This document shows positions 24,639-39,630 of a stretch of DNA of 64,000 nucleotides, one piece after another (positions within the stretch are counted from its first letter, which is position 1; the number at the start of each line of letters is the position of its first letter). The stretch is from Eledone cirrhosa (lineage: Eukaryota), in the NCBI GenBank assembly GCA_964016885.1, contig OZ024743.1, positions 27,342,001-27,406,000 on the forward strand, written 5' to 3'. Both the position numbers and the translations under genes were made by a program. A model generated the notes under the pieces. That model searched no databases, had not been told where the DNA came from, and saw nothing but the letters and a program-made list of their open reading frames with translations.

Positions 24639-26553
24639 ATGAACGCTGCGTCCAACGATAATGGTGGTGGAGAGGCGGTAAGACTACAAAGCTAGCAGTC
24701 AACAACGTCTTCTTCACTAGATACTATAGAGATGGAAAGACGAAATGAAAATGTAAAAACGAATTCATATCCAAACAACACAAATGACACAAAACAGTTC
24801 AATGACAACAAAAATAACAGCAACACCAATAATGATGATAAAAGCAACAATGATAACAACAACAAAGAAAAATATAAAGACAACACCAATAACACCAGCA
24901 TCAAAGACAACAACAACACCAAGGAAAATACGAACAATACCAACATCGGTGACAACAAGAATAACAACAACAATAACAACAATAATGACAACACCAACAA
25001 CACGGATTCCACAAAGAAACCAAAAACTCCTTTGCAGAGAAAGTTAAAAAAAAGGAAGAATTGATATATCTCGACATAACAAATGCTGAACAACTTTTAA
25101 AGGACGCTAGGAGATATGTCAGTTTCGAAAAAAATGGTGCTTTCAGCATCAATTCTCCGGTAGAAATTCGCAAGGAAACTGCTCTCAAAACGATAGTTTT
25201 TAGGACAGTTTCCAATTCTACCCGAAAACCAGTCCAATTGTTACAGAAAGAAATTGAACTGGTTTTCAAAAATTCAATGAATGATATTGCATTCATTCAA
25301 AGAAGCAAATTTTTTGGAGTATTTCAGTACTCATGAAGGATCAATTTGCGGCCCAAAATTACTCTGTGTCGCCAATTGTATCCAACCTGTACACCTTTTT
25401 CCCTACATACATGGGAAAAAGTACACAAAAGATCAGAATCATCAGTGTCACACCAAAGGTGAACATATGGTGGATACTGTGCGGCTTCATCAATTTTGAT
25501 GAAGACAGAATACTGTCAGTAGGCAAGTCCCCCAGAGATGTATTCAATGGGAGCAGCATTGAAGTTCTGGTGCAAATGAGCCCAAAGTGAATAGCTATGA
25601 TCCCACAACGTGTACTCCTGGACGGACTCACCTACATAAACTTTTCGGTTGAGGGTAGGCGGCCTCCATGTTACCATTGCTTTAGCAGGGGTCACCTGAG
25701 GGCTTCCTGTCCTAAATTAATGAATAAAAAAAGGCTCTTCTGCCGACACCCATCAAAACAACACAACCACCAACACCACCACAACAACAACAACACCAAC
25801 ACACAGAAATAACCACAACAAACACAGTCCCACCCAATCCCACTCCACCTAAAACCACTGCAAAATCACATACAGACACAACAGCTCCCCAAGACATACC
25901 CCTCCCCAATCACACAGACGATACAACAGATGAGGCTATCTCGCCATCACCCAGTGAAGACGAGGGAGAACCCCATTTCTCGAAAAGAAAGAAAAGACAT
26001 CACAAAAGCAAAAAAACCAGCAAACACTACCACAAACATACAACCACCAACACAAACAACAAAAACATCACAAACAAAACCCCCACCTCCTGAAAACAAA
26101 ATACCTACAACAAAACGAAAGCACACACAAGAACTACAGACAAAAACAAACACAACACAAGAAAATTACACTTACACTTACATAAACACTGAAAACAAAA
26201 CACTAATGGAGACCATCACGAACGACCCTTCGGTGAAAACCGAAGGGAAAACTTTCGTCCACTCTATTAAAAATAGCAAAAAACTGAACCTAAAACTGAT
26301 TAGGGTCCCTATACAAACTTATAGGTCCCTAAAAGAAACATTTGAGAAGGATGTGGGGAATTCCTGCGTGAAACCACTCAACCGCGTCCTTCTCAAATGC
26401 CTCCCCACCCCAGACACCCCCATCCCACCAGACCCCACCCCACCAAACATCTACGTCCCCATCCCGCCGGAAACCACCACCCATCCAGACAACCCCTCCA
26501 ACACCCCCATGGAAATCGTGCGGCCTGGTCCCCAGGAGGCGAAGGGTGAGTGA
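24639..26553 (+). pseudogene. Tx1 ORF1 (gag-like, CCHC zinc knuckle), frameshifted
   Basis: MNAASNDNGGGEAVR start; VEGRRPPCYHCFSRGHLRASC; fragments align with copy 2 ORF1. Confidence 0.8.
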
Positions 26554-26586
26554 TATCTTTTCCTCTTTTAACTTTTCAGCACCAAC

Positions 26587-29500
26587 ATGGCCAATATAAG
26601 AGTTGGATGTGTGAACGTACGCGGCCTGGGGATGCCCTGGAAACAGGGCAAACTCTTAAACGACCTCAGGTCGCACAGTATGGATGTGGTAGCCATTTGC
26701 GAGTCCAGGATCCACGGCGAGCGACAGCTGGCCCCCATCTTCGATGACTTTGAGATCTACGCATCTCTCTGTCAATCAGGGGGTGGGAGCGGAGTTGCCG
26801 TTTTGCTGCGGAAACACCTGGGCCTCGTAACACAGACGGTACATCTGGACCCGGAGGGTTGACTGGTGGTCCTAGACGTTGACGGTAGTGAAGGTGGAGC
26901 CTTCAGGCTGGTGGCCGCATATGCCCCATCCGGAACACCGCGGCCAGACTTCTTCAAACGTCTAGAGACTTTTCTGGGAACGTCCCGCTCCTTGCTTTTA
27001 GTGGGGGACTGGAATGGAATCCTAGATGCACGTTGGGACTATGTGGGAGCATGTCCCGATAAAGTGGGGTGTAACAGCCTCAAACAGTTAATCGACCGAT
27101 TTGACCTGGCCGATAGATATCGACTAGATTTTCCGACAGCACAACTGTGAACGTGGAGTAATCGTAGCGGAACATCTAGATCGTACCTAGATAGAGTTCT
27201 AGTTAGAAATATGGATAGGGACATGTTAAGCTGTCCACAAATGTTCATGGTTGCCTATTCAGATCACAAACTAGTGACCTGCATTGCCAACCTTGATAGA
27301 ACCCATAGACAAGGACCCGGCTACTGGAAGCTGAACTTGTCGTTACCGACAAGCAAAGCCTACAGTAGACGGATTAGCACTTTAGTTAAACAGCACTTGA
27401 CAGGGGCCATTGTCAACAACAGATGGTGGTACTCTCTCAAGAGGGCAGTTAGATTAGACTCGATAGTTTTTAGTAAAGAATTAGCGTTAGATAGAAATAG
27501 AACCGAGAAAGAACTGGTAGATAAAGTAGAAGAGGCAATTAGAAGTGGCAACGTAGCCAGCGTGCTAGCAACGAGAACGGCCTTGGACCAGTTCTTCGAC
27601 GCAAAGCACGAGGGCTGCGTTGTCAGAAGCAAAATACGTGCTCTGGGAAACGAGGGAGCCAAAGATGTTAGCTGGGCCTGAGTGACGGAGGCAAAAAGTG
27701 GCAACAAGTCCACGATTCGGTCTTTGAAGGACCAAAACGGACGCGTGATACGTGAGCCGAAGCAGATGTGTGCGGCTTTTCAGCGGCTTGCTCAACTGTT
27801 CGGGGGGACGCGGCGCGCCGGGAGAGGGTATGGATTTCGGTCCATACCTCGACGGCCTACCACGACTCTCGGACAGCGAGGCAAAGTTCTGCGAAAAGCC
27901 GATTTCAGCCACTGAGATAGGGGACGCGCTGAGCCAATGCGGCAAACGCAAATCTCCAGGTCTCGACGGTCTACCCAACGAATTTTACGTAGCAATGCCG
28001 GACTTATTCTCCCGTCTCCTGGAAGCGGTCTACTGCAACTGGCAACAGGACGGGAGAATTCCCAGTTCTGTAACCGGGGGCGTGGTCACACTATCAGGAA
28101 GGACGAGAATAAGGGGGATGACATAAGCAACTTCTGGCCCATAACTCTGCTAAACACAGAGTTACAGATTTTGGCCAAGGTGTTGGCAAAGAGGCTGGCG
28201 CTTGTCGTCGAGAACCTGGTGGGAGAAGCGCAGACATGCGCATTCCCGACCAGGTCCATACACGACAACCTCCACCTCATGCGATACATCATAGAGAGGG
28301 TAGCGTGTAAACCCGGCTTCGGTGGGGCCCTGATCAACTTGGATCAGTCTAAGGCTTTCGATAGGGTTGACCATCGTTACCTGGATGCGGTGCTCGAGGC
28401 GGCAGGCTTCGGACCCGTGTTCAGGGGCTGGGTTGCTGCAATGCACAACAGCAACATCTACTCAAGGGTCAAGGTGAACGGCTACCTCTCGGAGCCGTTC
28501 CATATTACACGATCCATTCGACAGGGATGCCCTCTCTCCTCCCTTCTGTACGTAATGACTCTCGAGCCACTACTGCGGAAGCTGGAGTTATTGCAGGGCA
28601 TCCCTCTGGAACCGGGACTGCGGAAAGCGGCGTCGGCCTACGCCGACGACGTGACAGTAATGGTGTCGAGCGCCTCGCAAATCGAGGAAGTCGGCACCTT
28701 ACTGAAGGAATACGAAAGTCTCACAGGAGCGAAGCTGAACCGGGACAAGTCCATCGGTTTGCAACTCGGATCGTGGAGAGGCAAACCGTTGCCTTCCGAT
28801 GGCGTCGTCGGACGCTGGACGGAAGGACCGGTAAAGCTGCTCGGGGTCTGGTTTGGTCCGGACCTCCAGGTGGAGAAGAACTGGAACGAAGTGACGGCCA
28901 AGGTGTTTGCACTCACCCAGAAGTGGGCCAAGTGCAAACTATCCTTGAAAGGTCGAGCGGAGGTGGAGAACACTTTTATAGCGTCCGCCATCTACTACCG
29001 CTTGACCGTCGTGCCATGTCCAGCCAAAATGCTCGCCAAAATGGAGCGCGCGCTCTTCCGATTCCTTTGGAAGAGGCGGGCTCCTTTGGTGAGAAGATCC
29101 ATCGGCTGCCAACACCCTTCTAACGGAGGGCTGGGGATGCCGTGGTTGACGATGCGCAAACACGCACTCAGGCTGCGGCATCTCTACGTATTCCTCACCG
29201 GACAACCGGTGTGGGCCCCGTTCGTGAGGCGAGCCCTCCCACGACTCGTCTCGCTGACCGAGCTGCAGTCCTGGGTCAAGCAAAGACCGAGGAAAATGGG
29301 CGACTGGCACATCGAATGTGCTCAGGCGCTCACAGCCCTCTGGCAGGCGGACCCGGCGATCAGTGGAGACTCCACTTCGTCATTCTATAGAGGGTTGGTC
29401 CGCAGCAAGTGCGACGACGCGCTCAGTGAAACTCTAGGCGTAGAGGAAGATGAACTGGCCAGTCTGTTCGGTAGGACCTTCCGCCCGGGACCAATGGACA

Positions 29501-30021
29501 ACTTCCAAAAGTCGCTGGCCTGGCAGTGCTACCGAGGAGCTCTACCAGTTCGAGACAAGCTCTACAGACATGGGCGCTCGGGCAGGGACCCTGCAAAAAA
29601 GATCTGTCCGAGGTGCCTGCGAGACGAAGAAACCGTCGCGTACGCATTCATACACTGCCCAGGCGTCACTGACCTGTGGGGCTATGTAGAACGACTATTG
29701 TCGCGGGTGGGACCAATCCAGTTGACCACCGAGTCCATTGTCATGATCAAACCGCCACCCTCCTTCAAAAACGAAGGAGAGGCGGTTTTCCTTTGTGTGA
29801 TAGCTATGGCGAAAGAGGTTGTATGGTGGACAAGGTTGAAAGGGCTGAGGTCAGACACCTTTCTCTCCGGCCAACAACTGATTCTTTTTTTCAAATACCA
29901 CTTTGGAAGAAGAATCAGGATGGAGAGAGACGTGCTGTACTCCAGCAAGTTTTATGAAAGGTGGGTGAAAGTGGCGAGAATGGCCCGAGTGAATGGGCCT
30001 TCTCTCTATATCAGCCTGTAG
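26587..30021 (+). pseudogene. Tx1 ORF2 (APE endonuclease, RT, C-terminal Cys motif), several stops/frameshifts
   Basis: CVNVRGL, GDWN, SDH, KSPGLDG, PITLLN, LDQSKAFD, RQGCPLS, YADD, CPRC...HC. Confidence 0.92.
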
Positions 30022-30259
30022 GTTGAGGAAAAGGAGGAGGAGAGGAAAGGAGTAAAAACTCTTCGTACTCCTGGAGATGAGGGTTGCACATTTTTTTTCG
30101 GGGGTATGTGTTACCCATATAAACTGTCTCACTCTTTTGGGGAAAATCGACTAACTTTTTAAATTCCATTTGTGATAACATTTTACACGTTTTTATTGTA
30201 TGTAAACTTCCCCCTTTGTATTTGTCCCCTTCTTTTGTGCCCCTGTGGCTAATAAAGAA

Positions 30260-30372
<113 letters not shown>

Positions 30373-30598
30373 GCTGTCGTCTGTTCTACAGTGTGGATGT
30401 AATTCACTTCGCGCAGAAGTTTTGTTCAAATTTATTGCGGAAATTTTGTGAGTTCAAATTTAATTTTGATACTATTGTGTAGCTTGACCACCCGTCTGAA
30501 CAGTCAGGCGGTGGGTCAGCTCATCTTTACCCCTCCTAGAGGTGAAAAACCTGTTTTAAAAAATTTTGTGGCAAAAAAATTTCAATCGTCTGACAGAA

Positions 30599-32506
30599 AT
30601 GTTAAACGAAGCGAACGAAAATAGTGGTGGGGGGACAGCGGTAAGAGTTGTAAGCTCGCACGATTTAGTCCCCCCTTCCTTCCCAACTAACGTGATAGAG
30701 AAGGAAGGAAAAAATAAAATAAAAACAGACGAATCTGCGGAGAAAAATGACGAAAACACAAATCTGGACATGGATTCCAACAACGAAAAAAAAAAAATTT
30801 GAAAAATTGCATGACAATACTAATACCACAAACAAAGACACAACAAACACAAAAATAACATTTGAAAATAACACCATAACAGAAAGCAAAGCAGACGACA
30901 CAGTCAACAAGATTTCATTTGCACAAACAACAAAGAAATCTTTGACATATATACCTGAAAATATTTCAGATGTGGCACGAAGAATCACAGACGCCAAACA
31001 ATACATAAGTGAAGGAGAGAATGGTATTTTATCGGTAAAAATGCCTCAAGAACTCACCAAAGACATTGAAAGTCGAACGGTCGTGTTCCGCACCATCAAC
31101 AACACTTCAAAAAAACCTGAACAGCCAACTCAGGCAGATATCAAAACAGTACTCACAGAAGTACTTAATGAAACCACTTTCATAAGAAAAGACAAACTGT
31201 ATGGAAGCCTAGCAATTATTATGAAGAACGAATCGGCGGCAAAAAAATGTGCTTTGTCACCGATTCGTTCGAAAAATTTTACCTTTTATCCATCTTATAT
31301 GGGTAAAAGAACTCAACGCATATGGCTGGATGCAATGATGCCAGATGTGGACTACTGCTGGCTCATAGCTGGCTTCATCGATCCAGTGAATGACAACGTG
31401 ATTTCCATTGGGAAAACCACAGGCAATGCGTTCAGTGGAACAGGTATAGAGCTGGTAGTGCAAATGAAGCCTGAATGCATCGCCCAAATACCCGACAGAA
31501 TCCTATTAGAGGGCCACGGGTATATAAACATTAGCGTGGAGGGGAGAAGGCCGTCCTGTCATATCTGTGCAGGCAGAGGGCACCTGAAGGCCGCTTGTCC
31601 CCAACTCAACAAAAAGAAAACCCTGCTACCAACACCAGCTCCACCACCACCACCACCACAACAGATAAACAAACAACAAAACTCAGTCCCACCCAACCCG
31701 TCCCTCAGTAAAACTACACCACCACAACGACACAAACAGTCACAACACATTTTTCCAAAACAAAATACAGGCCCACCTAACCCCTCACTCAATAAAACAA
31801 CACAACCACCGCAGACACAACACACAACACACTCTAACATAGTGACATCCATCTCCCCCACAAAGAAAACCAACACGGAAACATTACCAGCAAACATACC
31901 TCTTCCCTCCAACACTGAAGATAACCCAACGAATTCGGAGGAAGAAACGAAGTCGTTCAGACAGATTAAAAGGAAAAAAAGAAAACATGTGCAAAACACA
32001 CAAGGCCAAACAACCCCCACCCAAATCTCAACACAATCCAACAAAACAGAAAACACCCCTCCAGCAACAAACAAAACCAAACCTGCCCCTCCCCTCTTCG
32101 AAACACTCACACCATCCGAAAAAAAGACATTACACTATACTTACATCAACAGAAACAATAATAAATTAAATGAACTCATAAACAATAATCCTTCGGTACA
32201 AACCGAAGGTGTAAACTTTGTTTCTTCAGAAAACTACCCACATTTAAAATTAATAAGATCCCAATGAACCTCTACCAAAAACTAAAAAAGGATTTTAAGG
32301 AGGACGTAGGACCACCCTCTGTCAAACCCATAAACCGCGTCCTACTAAAAAGCTTTCCCCCTCCCCTTCCCCTCCCCAACACAACTCCAAACACCCCAAC
32401 CTCACCACACACTAACGATCCCACACCACCACAAGACACCCCTTCACCCAACACTCCCGACCCCATGGAAGTCGTGCGACCCGAACCCCGGGAAGCGGAA
32501 AGGTAG
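30599..32506 (+). pseudogene. Tx1 ORF1 (CCHC zinc knuckle), frameshifts near 30790 (A-run) and 32262
   Basis: MLNEANENSGGGTAVR; VEGRRPSCHICAGRGHLKAAC; C-terminus PMEVVRPEPREAER. Confidence 0.85.
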
Positions 32507-32539
32507 GTCTCTACACTCTCCTTTGGCTCTGCCGCCCAC

Positions 32540-35500
32540 ATGGATGTGTTAAGAGTAGGATGTTTGAATGCACGTGGCCTGGGCTCAACTTGGAAGCAAG
32601 CAAAGCTTCTAAATGACCTCAGGTCATGTGGTATAAATGTAATGGTTATCTGTGAGACTCGAATCAGCGTCGTGCGGCAGCTGGCCCCTACTTTCGATGA
32701 CTTTGAGGTGCATGCATCTCTCTGTCAACCTGAAGGTGGGGGTGGGGTTGTCGTACTGCTGCAAAAACACCTGGGTCTTGCCGTACAGGTTGTGCACTCG
32801 GACCCGGAGGGTCGTTTGTTGGTGCTAGACATTGGCAGTAGTGAAGGTGCGGCCTTGAGACTGGTCGCCGTCTACTCCCCTTTCGGAGCTGAACGGCCCG
32901 ACTTCTTCCAGCGTTTGGAGACTTTTCTGGGAACGTCGCGTTCCCTGCTTCTAGCGGGGGATTGGAATGACATCCTAGATGCACGTTGGGACTATGCAGG
33001 AGCATGCCCTAATAGAGGGGGTGTAACAGCCACAAGGGGTTACTCGACCGTTTTAACTTGGTCGATAGATATCGACTAGATTTTCCAACTGTGCCTACCT
33101 GGACTTGGAGAAACCACAGTGGTCAATCTAGATCGTACTTAGATAGATTCTTAGTTAGAAGTAAGGATAGGGACATATTAAGCTGTCCAGAAATGCGCAC
33201 GGTTGGCTACACGGATCACAAATTAGTGACCTGCGTAGTCAATCTCGAGAAAACACATAAACAGGGTCCCGGTTACTGGAAATTTAATTTGTCTTTACCG
33301 GCAAAAGAGACTTACAGAAACCGGATTAGCAGATTAGTTAAGGAGAGGTTGACGGGTGCAATCGTCAACAACCGATGGTGGGCATCTCTCAAAAGAGAGA
33401 TTAGAACAGAATCAATAAGTTATAGCAAGATGTTAGCTGCCGATAGGAATAGAAACGAGAAAGAATTAACAGGTAAATTAGAAGAGGCAATCAAGAGCGA
33501 AGATGTGGCCAGAGTGCTGGTATCGAGGACGGCCTTGAACCAGTTTTTCGATGCAAAGCACGAAGGCTGCGTCATTCGAAGTAAAATACGTGCTCTAGGT
33601 AATGAGGGGGCCAAAGCCGTTGGCTGGGCCCGCGTGACAGAAGCTAAGAGTGGAAATCGATCCACCATCCGGTCGTTGCAAGACGAGGATGGACGGGTGA
33701 TCCGGGAGCCTAAGCAGATGTGCGAGGCCTTTCAAAGGCACTTTGCCCGATTGTTCGGGGGAGCCGAGGGTCCGGGCGGGGGCGTGGATTTCGGTCCATA
33801 CCTCGACGGCCTGCCGCGTCTCTCGAGCGAAGAGGCAGAGTCCTGCGAGGGACCAATCTCGGCTGATGAGATCGGAGATGCGCTGAGCCAATGCAGCAGA
33901 CGCAAATCTCCAGGTCTCGATGGTATACCTTACGAACTTTATTTAGCAATGCCGGTCTTCTTCTCCGAACTCCTCGAAGCGGTCTACTGCAATTGGCAGC
34001 AGAACGGGAGAATTCCTTGTTCTGTAGCCAAGGGCGTAGTCTCGCTGGTGAGGAAGGACGAGAACAAGGGAGATAGTATAAATAATTTTCGGCCCATAAC
34101 CCTGCTAAACACAGAGTTAAAGATTTTGGCCAAGGTGTTAGCAAAGAGGTTGGCGCTTGTCGTGGGTGGCCTGGTGGGAGATGCGCAGACATGTGCTATC
34201 CCATCCAGGTCCATTCACGATAACCTTCACCTCATGCGATACATCATAGAGAGGGTTGGCAACAAACCCGGCTTCGGTGGGGCCCTGATCAACTTGGATC
34301 AGTCTAAGGCCTTCGATAGGGTCGACCATGGTTACCTGGATGCGGTGCTAGCGGCGGCTGGGTTCGGTCCTGTTTTCAGAGACTGGATCACTGCCTTACA
34401 TAGCAACCACATCTGTTCTAGGATCAAGGTGAACGGCTACCTTTCGAAGCCGTTCGAAATCACACGATCCATTCGACAGGGGTGCCCTCTCTCCTCCCTT
34501 CTGTACGTATTGACTCTCGAGCCTTTACTAAGGAAATTGGAGTTGTTGCAGGGTATCCCCCTGGAACCAGGATTGAGCAAAGCAGTGTCGGCCTACGACG
34601 ATGACGTAACAGTAATGGTATCGACCGACTCGGAGATCGAGGCGATCGGTACCTTACTGGAGGATTACGAAAGGTTGTCAGGAGCGAAACTGAACCGGGA
34701 AAAATCCATCGGGCTGCAACTCGGAACGTGGAGAGGCAGACTGATGCCTCCCGACGGTGTCGTCGGACACTGGACGGAGGGCCCGGTAAAGTTGCTTGGG
34801 CTCTGGTTTGGACCGGACCCCCAGGAGGAAAAGAACTGGAACGAGGTTACGAACAAGGTGTTTGCACTAATCCAGAAATGGGCCAAGTGTAAGCTGTCCC
34901 TAAAAGGGCGGGCGGAGGTGGCGAACATTTACATAGCGTCCGTCACTTACTACCGCCTGACTGTCGTGCCTTGCCCTAAGGAAACACTCACCACCATGGA
35001 ACGCATGCTCTTCCAATTTCTTTGGAAGAAGCGCCCTCCTATGGTGAGAAGATCCATCTGCTGCCAACAACCTTCGAAAGGAGGGCTGGGGATGCCGTGG
35101 TTGATGATGCGTAGGCACGCATTAAGGCTACGGCACCTACAGGTATTCCTCACTGGTCAACCGGTGTGGGCTCCGTTCGTGAAACGAGACTTTCCGAGAC
35201 TCGTCTCGCTCACCGAGCTGCAGTCCTGGGTCAAGAAAAGATCCGGAAAACTGGGAGACTGGCACACTGAGTGTGCTCAGGCGCTCAGGGCTCTCTGGCA
35301 AGCGAGCCAGGCCGTCGGTGGAGAATCCACCTCATCATTCTATAGAGGGCTGGTGGCTAGCAGGGGCGATGACACCCTTGGAGAGTCGCTGGACATGGAA
35401 GAGGACGAACTGGCCAGCCTGTTCGGTAGGACTTTCGGCCCGGGACCAATGGACAACTTCCAGAAGTCACTAGCCTGGCAGTGCTACCGGGGGGCTCTAC

Positions 35501-35975
35501 CCGTTCGAGAGAGGCTCTACAGACACTGGCGCCCGGGCAGGGATCCCTCAAAAAAGATTTGCCCTAGATGCGTGCGTCATGAAGAAACCGTTGCGCACGC
35601 ATTGGTGCAATGTCCGGGCGTGGCTGATCTGTGGGGCTACGCCGAACGACTGCTGTCGAGGGTGGCGCTGATTCAATTGACCGCCGAGTCCGTGATGACA
35701 ATCAAACCGCCTCCCCTCTTCACAAAGGAAGCAAAGGCGGTTTTTCTGTGCGTAATAGCCATGCTGAAAGAGGTTGTTTGGTGGACACGATTAAAAGGTC
35801 TGAGGTCAGGGAACTTCCTCTCTGGCCATAGTCTGGTATACTTCTCCCGATATTACTTCGGAAGAAGGATAAGAATGGAGAGAGAGGTGCTTGACCACAA
35901 GTAGTTTTATGAAAGGTGAGTGATAGTGGCGAGAATGGCTCGTGTAAATGGGCCTTCTCTGTATACCATCCTGTA
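32540..35975 (+). pseudogene. Tx1 ORF2 (APE + RT), one frameshift near 33020 and premature stops near C-terminus
   Basis: CLNARGL, GDWN, YLDR, TDH, FRPITLLN, RQGCPLS, YDDD (YADD in copy 1), CPRC. Confidence 0.92.
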
Positions 35976-36264
35976 GGTAAAGAAGTAAAGGAGAGGGGAG
36001 CACCTTCTCCATGTGCTCCCCGGGCAAAGGATTGCACACTTTTTCGGGGGTGTGTGCAACCCCCATCACGTCCCCTCCCTTTTGAGGTTATTTTCGATTA
36101 TTTTCATTTTATACCCTTTTTACTCGATTGTATGTAAACTCCCCCTTTGTATTTGTCCCTTCTTTTTATGCCTTTATGGTAAATAAAGAAATATATCTAT
36201 CTATTTACCACTCTCTCTCGTCATCTCTCTCTGTCTGCCTGTCTATCTGTATGTCTGTGTCTCT

Positions 36265-36321
<57 letters not shown>

Positions 36322-36435
36322 GTACAACATATGCACAGACCCACATTTATATTAAGTACAGATTTTCCCAGCAGCATTCTTAATTAAATATAAAGTGAGA
36401 TAAAACATATAAAGACAAATATCATCTTGTAATGT

Positions 36436-36588
<153 letters not shown>

Positions 36589-37074
36589 TATACACATTAA
36601 TAGACAGCCACACACTTACTCAGACACATTTATGAGGTAGAGAGATGCATATAAACTGAAGCAATATTATTTTACATTATCTAAGCGAGATCATAGTCGT
36701 TGTGCACTTTTAGTCTCCCTCTCCCCATATAGACCACACACACACACTCACACACATACACACATATTATATATATATACCTACACATACACACACACGT
36801 ATATCGGTATAACAATATTGACTCGCTGCTCCCAAACCCTTCAATGTAAAGTTGGCGCTGAAACACAAAAATCAAGGCACTCATACAAATAATTTTATGG
36901 ATAGAACATTATGAATATCTTGCAGCAGAAAACAACCCTAAAGAATCAATAGAGTATTAAAATATTTCATTAAACTAGCGATATATATATAGTACTAACA
37001 ACATCTCAAATAGCATTGTTTCTGGTTTTGAAAAAAAAAAGGTTTTCCAAATTTTATCGATAATTATTAATGTT

Positions 37075-37860
37075 GAAAAGCTGATCTTCATCAGTAAGTC
37101 ATCTTTTTTTTTTTATTAGACAAGGATGTTACTGTCCACAATGAAGTTGGAATCGAGAGTGAAACCTATGTGTTGATGTGGTGACAGCGACAGTAAGTGT
37201 TTCAGTCTTGGCCAGTGGAAGGCAGGAAGGAATGCTGAAAATAGATCACCCTAGCAAGTGAGATCGCCAATCGCGTCTCCAAATCAACTGACGCATTTGG
37301 CACAGTACATCATCGTCTATGGGGTGTCAGAGGTCTATCCCTTAAAACTAAAGTTGCAATTTATGGTGCAGTTTTACCGACAACATTTATCGTACCCACA
37401 TTTATAAGCTTGATGTTTTACACAAAGATTGTCTTAACTTTATCTGTGGATATTCCTTTTCAGACAGAACGAACTGCAACATCGGTCGGATCGATTGAAT
37501 TCTGAGGCCATTCCAAATCATGGATGGTCTTGCCCTACGTATGACTGTGAACTGCACACCCAAGATGATGTCATACAGTTAATTCCATAATGGTCCACGT
37601 AATATAGGCAGACCATTACTCAGATATAAAGACAAACTGAAGTACAATCTTTAATCTGTGAACATAGTTTTTACTGATTTTGAAACCATAGCTGCTGAGC
37701 GTGGAAACTGGAGAACTGTCTACCCTGAAAATATAAAGAACTATTATTATAAACATCTCATCTACTCCATCTTAGTGATCTAACATCTAAAACCAAGATT
37801 CGATTAACTTTTTTATCCTGCTTCACAATTCTGTCACCTGCACTAAATGTGGCTTAATGG
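37075..37860 (+). mobile_element. Old RTE LINE 3' remnant
   Basis: Manual translation EIANRVSKSTDAFGTVHHRLWGVRGLSLKTKVAIYGAVL; RYKDKLKYNL. Confidence 0.7.
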
Positions 37861-39345
37861 GTAAATAATTGTATATGCTATGTATATAATATTTTGAAGG
37901 TATTATACATATTTCAATACTTGCCACGTACTTGTTTATCACTAAATCTATATACAAACATCTTTAATAAGCATTATCCATTGTAAGGACATTTTTGCGC
38001 ATTTCTGTATTTACATTCAGACCGTGTAGTTTCGTATTTCTAACGTAATTGTTATAGTGGATGATTTGTTTGCATATGTTGTCTAATAAGCTGATGCTGA
38101 AATTACTAGAGTTTCTATTAAGAATTTTCTGGTAATTGTGCGTAATTGAGAAATACATGCTTATCAATAAATTGAAGTTCTGTTTGAAGATATGTTCATA
38201 CTATATGTTTGTGTCGTATCAAATTATGTTTCTAACCGTACCTTTAATGTCATTTGTTCGAGGTGTTTCAGGTTTTCATTAAATCCACTTCGTATTGACA
38301 TCCAATTCAAATTTGAAGATCATATGTTCTTATAATATATTAGAGTTTGTCTGGTTTGTCTAAGAATTTTACAGTATTTAGATTTGAGTTCATTGTACTT
38401 TTTACGAGGAATTATTTGAATGAGTTAATAAATATATTTTTTCAAACTTAATTCAATCGACTGCCGATATGTTATGCCCTACAGGATATATTTTGGCTCT
38501 CTTTTCTGCGTGTTCAAAATCTCATTTATAAATGACCAGTTCATGGAATTTGGCCTTAACGCTTGAGATAAAACTGGGGACTAAGCAATCGACCCTTGTC
38601 TTTCATCTGCAGAACATAGGTAGTGCATTGAGATGTAAACTGGTACCGAAAGCTGGGAACAGTTCCTCACTGTGTTAAGCGGTTTCAACACAGAGATCTG
38701 AGGTTAACCTTCACTTTCATTATATACATACATGTTTAAATAATTGAGACCACATATTAATTTGATAGGTTAAAAAAAAGTGTGGTCTTTTTGAGTACTG
38801 TCATATTCTTCTAATATAGTTAGGTTCAAAATGCAAGACTGTTTCTGACAGGCAATATTTAGGCACAGGCAATATCACATCTATTATGTCTGATAAGCCT
38901 GCTTATGGTTGCTGATGCTGCTTTTTTAAGCAGAAGGTTGGCTCCAAATCATTCTAACCGCATCCATCTTGTCACTTTCACATACAGTGTGTACCTAAGA
39001 GTATATTATCCAATGTGATTTGCACATTTAACTAGCTTCATAGAAGAGATGATTATAGTATTATTCTACACAGAAACACACACATCCACAAAAACACACA
39101 CATATCCTCACACATAAACACATACGCAAACATATATTTATATAATTCTCTCTTACCAGGATTGGCTTCTCACCTCATGGTTCTAATTAATTATATCTCT
39201 ACGTGAAAATAATGGGTTTATTATTAGTTACACATTAGTATTTCACACATTATGTACCAATTAGATTAGATTATCTAAAATGTTGTATACTTTCGTTGAG
39301 CACTAATTGGGTTTTGATTCAATAGGATATAGCTATAGATATAGA

Positions 39346-39630
39346 CGGCGGATTAGCAGAGTTGTTAGAACGTCGGATAGAATGCTTTATGGCAGAAATT
39401 CTTAAACTTTTGGGGTCACCGCTCCCATCACGGTCATCTATACCGCCCCCAGCGCACCCTTGGACCTTCTCAACGCCCCCCAGGGGTCGGTAGCGCCGAC
39501 TTTGAGAAACTCTGATTTATGGTATTCGTTCCGGCTCTCTGCTCTCTGAGTTCAAATCCAGCTGAGGTCAACTTTGCCTTTCATCCTTTCGAGGTCGATA
39601 AAAAAAGAACCAATCTAGTATTGAGGTGGA
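39346..39630 (+). mobile_element. tRNA-derived SINE (cephalopod-type) interrupted by a MITE
   Basis: A-box-like ggcggattagcagagttg; gagttcaaatcc B-box; gaggtcaactttgcctttcatcctttcgaggtcgataaa core shared with 59466-59520. Confidence 0.75.
39393..39514. mobile_element. hAT-type MITE
   Basis: CAGAAATTCTTAAA / TTTGAGAAACTCTG TIRs; 8-bp TSD ctttatgg / atttatgg. Confidence 0.75.

Noticed and set aside
26546-26579. GT-AG intron joining Tx1 ORF1 to ORF2
   Set aside because: Only 34 nt, and copy 2 has no AG acceptor
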